This document shows positions 58,584 through 64,000 of a stretch of 64,000 nucleotides of DNA, piece after piece. Numbering within the stretch: position 1 is the first letter of the stretch; each line of letters opens with the position of its first letter. Position numbers and translations under genes: made by a program. The notes under the pieces were generated by a model. The model was not told the DNA's origin. It saw only the letters and a list, made by a program, of their open reading frames with translations, and searched no databases. The DNA is from Candidatus Heimdallarchaeum aukensis (GTDB lineage Archaea > Asgardarchaeota > Heimdallarchaeia > Heimdallarchaeales > Heimdallarchaeaceae): the NCBI GenBank assembly GCA_021513695.1, contig CP084166.1:128001-192000 (forward strand). The letters are read 5' to 3'.

Positions 58584-59663
58584 TTAGATTGGTCTGTTAT
58601 ATTTCCATCTTTCGATTGTTTCTTTCCAGTTTTCATAGATTTCTTTTTCAACTTCTGGTTCAATTTTGTAATTATCTGGTTTATATTCACGGAGAGTATC
58701 TAAATATGATTGAATATCGGGTTTAACCTTATTAAAATCTCCTAATTGGAGCTGAGAGTAGATTTTTTCTAGATTTTCTATAGGATTTTGACAAAATTCT
58801 TCATATTTAATTTCAATAATGTTTTCTTTGGGAATGGATTCAAGGTCATTGTAGAATTTCTTATACATCTCTTTATACATCTCGAAAATAAACTCTTTAA
58901 TTTCAAAATTAGGTTTTTGCAAATAGAATAGCTTTGTGTTTGTATTGTATAATTTTACTGTTGAAAAGAATACTTTGTAAGGGTCTCTATAAATGTGAAT
59001 GAATTTTGCGTTAGGATACAAATCAAGAATAAGTTTTACTCTAAACGTATCCAAAGGATTTTTGAGCAATAGTTGTTTTCCCTTTCCTCTAATTGTGAGT
59101 TTGTTAATTAAGTATCTGAAAGATTCTTTCCACTTTCTTAATTCTTTTTCAGTTGCATCATCAAAGGAGCAATATTTCAAATATTTTTCTTTATTTCTAG
59201 GGAAGAAAAGAGCTGTAAGGGGAGAAAGTAAGCAATAATTAGTTAACGCAAACTCGTGCTCTTGAGGAGTTTTTGCATTCATTTTCATATTATCCATTGG
59301 ACGTTTCTTTGGAATAAGAGGTGACATTATTGTTTTTGTAAACCAATAACTTGTAAGAAATTGATGAGGGAAGGTTGCTTCAACCATGTTAAGATAATAA
59401 TATCTCTTATCATGTAACATTAGTTCTTGTAGGTAAGTTGTTCCTCCTCTCCAATGTCCAATAATAAATATAGGGTCTTTCTCTAACTTAAGTTTCTTTA
59501 TTCTTTTATTCCATATTAATTGTTCAAATATTACAAAAGGAGAAAAAAGAATTGTTACCAATGTTATTGCAAATACCTTTGGCCAATATTTGATGTGAAT
59601 CCTGAATTTGTTTTCCCATAGTAGTTTTATCCATTTAATAAAACTTGCACCCATAAGAAACAT
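58584..59663 (-). CDS. sulfotransferase-family protein with an N-terminal TM helix
   Basis: IIGHWRGGTTYLQELM resembles the 5'-PSB PAPS-binding loop (PKSGTTW-like). Confidence 0.5.
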   Translation of the reverse strand: MFLMGASFIKWIKLLWENKFRIHIKYWPKVFAITLVTILFSPFVIFEQLIWNKRIKKLKLEKDPIFIIGHWRGGTTYLQELMLHDKRYYYLNMVEATFPHQFLTSYWFTKTIMSPLIPKKRPMDNMKMNAKTPQEHEFALTNYCLLSPLTALFFPRNKEKYLKYCSFDDATEKELRKWKESFRYLINKLTIRGKGKQLLLKNPLDTFRVKLILDLYPNAKFIHIYRDPYKVFFSTVKLYNTNTKLFYLQKPNFEIKEFIFEMYKEMYKKFYNDLESIPKENIIEIKYEEFCQNPIENLEKIYSQLQLGDFNKVKPDIQSYLDTLREYKPDNYKIEPEVEKEIYENWKETIERWKYNRPI

Positions 59664-59771
59664 TGGTACATCAACAGATTGAACAGAAAGAATAGTAGTT
59701 ATAAAAATTTGCTTGAAACGAGAGAAATATTACAGTACATTTAAAAAAAAACTTCTTTATCTTGAAATAAT

Positions 59772-60707
59772 TTGAAAAATATGCTACATTATCTGAAAGT
59801 TGGAACAATAGTCTTTGGTTGGGCTCTTGCTCCTGTTATTGGAGAGTTTATAATTGATCAAACTAAACAATTTTCTCCTTTTCAACTCTCTTTCCTAAGA
59901 TATTCTTTAGCTGCTATCACTTTAATGATAATTTTTCTCTTTCAAAATCGGGAAAAAAGGCCCTCAAAACAAGAGATGGTAAAAACATTGAAAGATAAAT
60001 GGTTTTTTCTTCTTGTTACTAGTATTTTTGTCTCACTTATGCCAATTTGTCTTTTTTTTGCTGTTAAAAAAACAACTGCTTCTTCTGCATCATTCTTGTT
60101 GAACATAAATGTAGCTTTTATCCCTCTAATTGCATTTTTTCTAGTTAAGGAGAAAATAAAAAAGTTTCAAGCAATAGGTGTTTCTGTTACAATAATAGGC
60201 AGTTTTCTAGTTATTTTTGACAAAAAGATAAAATCACTAGATTTTTCTCTTTCTTCTTTTACTTCTTCTACTGTTGTTGGAAATTTACTCGCACTAGCTT
60301 CAGGTTTAAGCTGGGCGATATATACAGTTTTGCTTAAAAAATTCTATACTGAAGAGGATCCACTATTTATTACTTTTCTAAACTTGTTATTAAGCAGTAT
60401 CTTCTTGTTTCCCATTGCATTCTTTATCTTTCCTTTTTCGATTTCTGTTACCTATTTAGGGATAGTTTTAGTAATATCTCTTGCAATAGTATCAACAGCT
60501 TTAGCTTACACTTTTTGGTTAGATATACTTGCTTATATGAGTACAACAGAAGTAGGAGTTATTCAAGTATTAATTCCTGTGATTTCTGCATTGTTAGCAG
60601 TGTTCTTCCTTGGAGAAACAATTACATTTGTTTTTGCTATTGGTGCTTTTTTAATAATAGTTGGTTTGTTTCTAGTTGAAAAAGAGACTGAGCTAGTTGA
60701 AGAATGA
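59772..60707 (+). CDS. EamA/DMT-superfamily transporter
   Basis: 10 TM helices in two 5-helix repeats; 311 aa. Confidence 0.6.
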   Translation: MKNMLHYLKVGTIVFGWALAPVIGEFIIDQTKQFSPFQLSFLRYSLAAITLMIIFLFQNREKRPSKQEMVKTLKDKWFFLLVTSIFVSLMPICLFFAVKKTTASSASFLLNINVAFIPLIAFFLVKEKIKKFQAIGVSVTIIGSFLVIFDKKIKSLDFSLSSFTSSTVVGNLLALASGLSWAIYTVLLKKFYTEEDPLFITFLNLLLSSIFLFPIAFFIFPFSISVTYLGIVLVISLAIVSTALAYTFWLDILAYMSTTEVGVIQVLIPVISALLAVFFLGETITFVFAIGAFLIIVGLFLVEKETELVEE

Positions 60708-60763
60708 ATAAATAAATTAGGAAATCAGAAAAATTTATCTGTTCAAAGAAAAACTATTATGTA

Positions 60764-61552
60764 GTGATAAAGTTGAAAATGATAAATGAAGATATTTGTA
60801 TAAGCAAAGATGAGTTTTTGATTGTTCAGGAAAAAGACATCGAATTTAAGAACCCCATAGTTTTCCTTACATATCCTACTTCAGGGGTTATAGGACCTAT
60901 TATTTCAAATCAGATGATCTCTTCTTTAAAATTAAAAGAAATAGGTTTTTTCAAATCTAAGTTCCTCTCTCCAGTTGTTATCTTTACTGACAACGTACTT
61001 AAACATCCTTACCTAATTTATTCAAATCATGATGGGTCAATTGTGTTAATTTCGATTAATTATCCAGTTCCTCAGAGTTCTTACCTTGCTGTTGCCGAAG
61101 GATTGATTAATTGGGTTGATAGAGAACTAAATGCTAAATATATTGTATGTTTAGATGCTATTCCTGTTCAAGTACGACCCGAGAAAAAAATAGTTATTAC
61201 GGCTGCAGAAAAAGAAATTGCAGATGAAATGAAGAAATATGCAGTCGAATTATATGAAGATGGGGTTGTTTTGGGCTTATCAGGAGCAGTGATGAGTGAA
61301 GCATTACTAAGACAAATTGTAGGAATAGCTTTGCTAACTCCAGCTACAGTTAACTTTCCTGACCCAGAAGCAGCTCTACATTTAGTTGAGGTGATAAATG
61401 ACTTTTTTAAGCTAGGTATAGACATCCAACCTTTAATACAAGAATCTGAAAATATTAAGAAACAACTATCCTTAATGTCTCAAAAACAACAACAAATTGA
61501 AAAAGAAAAAATTCTTCCTCCCAGATCTTCTTTGAGAGAAAGCTTCGTCTAA
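60764..61552 (+). CDS. PAC2-family proteasome assembly chaperone-like protein
   Basis: NPIVFLTYPTSGVIGPIISNQMISSLKLKEIGFF...SIVLISINYP matches the archaeal PAC2/DUF75 N-terminal pattern. The C-terminal tail is acidic/Gln-rich. Confidence 0.55.
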   Translation: MIKLKMINEDICISKDEFLIVQEKDIEFKNPIVFLTYPTSGVIGPIISNQMISSLKLKEIGFFKSKFLSPVVIFTDNVLKHPYLIYSNHDGSIVLISINYPVPQSSYLAVAEGLINWVDRELNAKYIVCLDAIPVQVRPEKKIVITAAEKEIADEMKKYAVELYEDGVVLGLSGAVMSEALLRQIVGIALLTPATVNFPDPEAALHLVEVINDFFKLGIDIQPLIQESENIKKQLSLMSQKQQQIEKEKILPPRSSLRESFV

Positions 61553-61592
61553 ACACTACTTTTTTATTATTTTTCATTTTTTCTAATCTGAA

Positions 61593-62561
61593 ATGAAAAT
61601 TTTTGTTACTCGTAAAATACCAAGAGAAGGAATAGAACTATTGATAAAAAATGGTTTTGAAGTTGAGGTTTTTGAAAAAAAAGAACCCATTTCGAGAGAA
61701 GAACTTCTAAATGGAGCAAAAGGAGCAGATGGATTAATCTGTTTGTTAACTGATAAAATTGATAAAGAGATCATGGAAAAAACTGGAATTAAAGCTATAG
61801 CAAACTATGCTGTAGGATATGATAATATAGATATTCAAGCAGCTACTGAACTAAAAATTCCTGTAACAAACACTCCTGGAGTTCTTACTGATGCAACAGC
61901 AGATTTGACATGGGCTTTAATTCTTGCAGTAAGCAGAAGAATTGTAGAAGCTGATAAGTTTGTAAGAGAACAAAGATTCAAAGGGTGGGAACCAATGCTT
62001 TTTCTTGGTGGAGATTTCAAAAATAAGACTATTGGTATCATAGGAATGGGAAGAATAGGAGAAGCTGTGGCAAGAAGAGCAGTAGGTTTTGGAATGAATA
62101 TCATTTACTTTAATAGAACAAGAAAAAAGAACTTAGAGGAAGAATTAAATGCTAAATTTGTTCCACTAGACACTTTGTTAAAAGAAAGTGACTACATAAG
62201 CATTCATTGCCCCTATACACCAGAGACGCACCATTTAATTGATTGGGAAGAGTTTGAGTTAATGAAACATTCATGTTACTTGATAAATACAGCTAGGGGA
62301 AAAGTAGTTAATGAAAAAGCATTGATAAAAGTTTTACAAGAAAAAAGAATAATGGGCGCAGGATTAGATGTGTTTTACAATGAACCAGAAGTTCCAAAAG
62401 AATTTTATTCACTTCCTAATGTGGTTCTTCTCCCACACATTGGTTCAGCAAGTATAGAAACAAGAAACAAGATGGCTGTAATGGCTGCAGAGAATATTAT
62501 CGAATGCCTAAAAGGAAATATACCTCCAAATATTATAAATAAAGAGATATATGAAAAATAA
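61593..62561 (+). CDS. glyoxylate/hydroxypyruvate reductase (D-2-hydroxyacid dehydrogenase family)
   Basis: IGIIGMGRIGEAVARRA is the NAD-binding motif. The overall sequence resembles the archaeal glyoxylate reductase family. Confidence 0.75.
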   Translation: MKIFVTRKIPREGIELLIKNGFEVEVFEKKEPISREELLNGAKGADGLICLLTDKIDKEIMEKTGIKAIANYAVGYDNIDIQAATELKIPVTNTPGVLTDATADLTWALILAVSRRIVEADKFVREQRFKGWEPMLFLGGDFKNKTIGIIGMGRIGEAVARRAVGFGMNIIYFNRTRKKNLEEELNAKFVPLDTLLKESDYISIHCPYTPETHHLIDWEEFELMKHSCYLINTARGKVVNEKALIKVLQEKRIMGAGLDVFYNEPEVPKEFYSLPNVVLLPHIGSASIETRNKMAVMAAENIIECLKGNIPPNIINKEIYEK

Positions 62562-62566
62562 AAAAA

Positions 62567-63874
62567 TTAAGGATAAACTCGATTTCGAGTTCTAGGGAAG
62601 GGTAAAGTTTCTTGAATAGAGTCTAAACCACATAACCACCAAGTAATTCTTTCTGCACCAAGACCAAATCCCGAATGTGGAACAGAACCATATTTTCTCA
62701 AATCGATGTACCATTTATAATCCTCTGTACTCCACCCTTCTTCCTTGATTCGTCTGATAAGAGTTTTTAGATCATCTTCTCTTTGTCCACCAGTGATGAT
62801 CTCTCCAAAACCTTCAGGCGCTATTAAATCTGCAGAATAACACCATTTAGGGTCATCTTGATAAATCTTAACGTAAAATGGTTTGTGGTGGGCAGGATAC
62901 ATTGTAATAAAGAATGGTTCTCCAATGATCTTAGATAAAGTTCTTTCTTCTTCAGTTTTTATATCGTCATCCCATTTTAGGTTAAATCCGTTATCATTCA
63001 AAATATCTATTGCTTCTTTGTAAGTTATTCTTTTGAATGGAGTTTTGATTTTTTCTAGTTCTGTTGTATCTCTGTTAAGGGCTTTCAACTCTTTTTTATT
63101 GTTTTCAAGAATATAATGAACTATATATGTTACAAGTTCCTCTTGTATTTTCATATTTCCTTCGAAGTCTACAAAAGCTTCTTCTCCTTCTATATGCCAG
63201 AACTCGTTTACATGTCTTTTTGTTCGCATTTTTTCTGCTCTAAAGCTTGGGGTAACAGAATAAACTTTTTCTAAACCGTATATTAGCGCTTCTAAATATA
63301 ATTGAGCACTTTGACTTAGATAAGCGGTTTTATCAAAGTATTTAAGGCTGAAAAGTGTTGCTCCCCCTTCACAAGCAGAACCAGTTAGTATGGGAGGAGT
63401 CGTTTCATAAAAGCCATTGTTGTAAAACCATTCTCTTGCTGCTCTAAGAACAGAAGCTTTTACTTTCATCACATTAACTGATTTTTGGCTTCTTAAGAAT
63501 AAATGAGCATTATCACGGATGAATTCTTGACTTTGATCCTTCGAGATAGGAAAGACTTCACCTTTATGAATGAATTTAAAGTCAGTTATATGAACCTCAA
63601 CATTATTTATTGCCCGATTATCTTCTACAGGTTTACCTTCTATGATTATTGAATTCTCTATTGCTGCATTTTCTAAATTCTTCCATACTTCTTCTGGTAA
63701 TTCTTCTCTATTTGCAACACATTGAATAAGTCCAGAAGCATCTCTTAAAACAATGAAAATTTTCTTTTTCATTATTCTTATTCTATAAATCCAACCTCTT
63801 AACCTAACAATTGAATCTGTAGGTTCAACTTCATCTGCAAATTTGTAATTTTCGGGCATGATATGGTCTAACAA
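62567..63874 (-). CDS. asparaginyl/aspartyl-tRNA synthetase (class IIb; features lean towards AsnRS)
   Basis: N-terminal OB-fold. Motif 2 region: SVTPSFRAE. SACEGGATLF block. Motif 3 region: GFGLGAERITWWLCG. C-terminal PFPRTRNRVYP. Confidence 0.8.
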   Translation of the reverse strand: MLDHIMPENYKFADEVEPTDSIVRLRGWIYRIRIMKKKIFIVLRDASGLIQCVANREELPEEVWKNLENAAIENSIIIEGKPVEDNRAINNVEVHITDFKFIHKGEVFPISKDQSQEFIRDNAHLFLRSQKSVNVMKVKASVLRAAREWFYNNGFYETTPPILTGSACEGGATLFSLKYFDKTAYLSQSAQLYLEALIYGLEKVYSVTPSFRAEKMRTKRHVNEFWHIEGEEAFVDFEGNMKIQEELVTYIVHYILENNKKELKALNRDTTELEKIKTPFKRITYKEAIDILNDNGFNLKWDDDIKTEEERTLSKIIGEPFFITMYPAHHKPFYVKIYQDDPKWCYSADLIAPEGFGEIITGGQREDDLKTLIRRIKEEGWSTEDYKWYIDLRKYGSVPHSGFGLGAERITWWLCGLDSIQETLPFPRTRNRVYP

Positions 63875-64000
63875 TAGACCAATAAAAAATTTTGGGAAGA
63901 ATAGTATTTAAATAAAAAAACATTTTTGGTTTGTTTAGAAAAAGTGGAGAAAAAGTTTTTGCTACTCTTCTTCATTTAACTCAAAAAGATGAGATTTAGG

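Noticed and set aside
58999-59238. 79-aa ORF antisense in the sulfotransferase gene
   Set aside because: Nested opposite a supported gene.
61168-62104. Antisense ORFs 61168..61425, 61583..61774 and 61835..62104
   Set aside because: Nested opposite the PAC2 and glyoxylate reductase genes.
1-64000. rRNA and tRNA genes
   Set aside because: No GC-rich structured islands of tRNA or rRNA type were seen in the intergenic regions by eye. The only GC-elevated non-coding segment is the IS right end. A tRNAscan or Infernal run would be needed to be definitive.

Overview
This is a 64-kb window of AT-rich DNA (roughly 28-32% GC by eye), and every confident gene is archaeal. Examples are the Taw1/TYW1 wyosine synthase, a tungsten aldehyde:ferredoxin oxidoreductase, a PAC2 proteasome-assembly chaperone, an archaeal-type Asn/Asp-tRNA synthetase, a KamA radical-SAM enzyme and an archaeal glyoxylate reductase. 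The window is unusually rich in eukaryote-like regulatory modules: a Ras-superfamily small GTPase carrying a roadblock-like extension, a tandem-roadblock protein, two TPR-roadblock paralogs, several HEAT-repeat proteins, and a poly-Pro/WH2-like low-complexity protein. Together with the base composition this points to an Asgard (Lokiarchaeia-like) archaeon, but that assignment is an inference. I found no rRNA, tRNA or CRISPR array.

Structural highlights:
(i) Two diverged, oppositely oriented copies of a giant single-chain FtsX/MacB-type permease plus tandem-NBD ATPase (3260-9333 and 23032-29195) bracket a 14-kb co-directional gene array.
(ii) A perfect 3.35-kb tandem duplication (41280-44629 / 44630-47977) duplicates Taw1, a HEAT protein and an RHH protein, and leaves a truncated copy of an N6-adenine DNA methyltransferase at the junction.
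(iii) A compositionally foreign, higher-GC (about 42%) IS605/IS1341-type element (about 55641-57478) carries a tnpB whose frame is intact except for a single in-frame TAG. It is flanked by a 17-bp inverted repeat containing the palindrome TTACGTAA and has a structured right end that could encode a guide (omega) RNA.
(iv) Several internal nucleotide repeats encode low-complexity tails.

Most functional calls rest on motif recognition by eye and should be confirmed by HMM or structure search.
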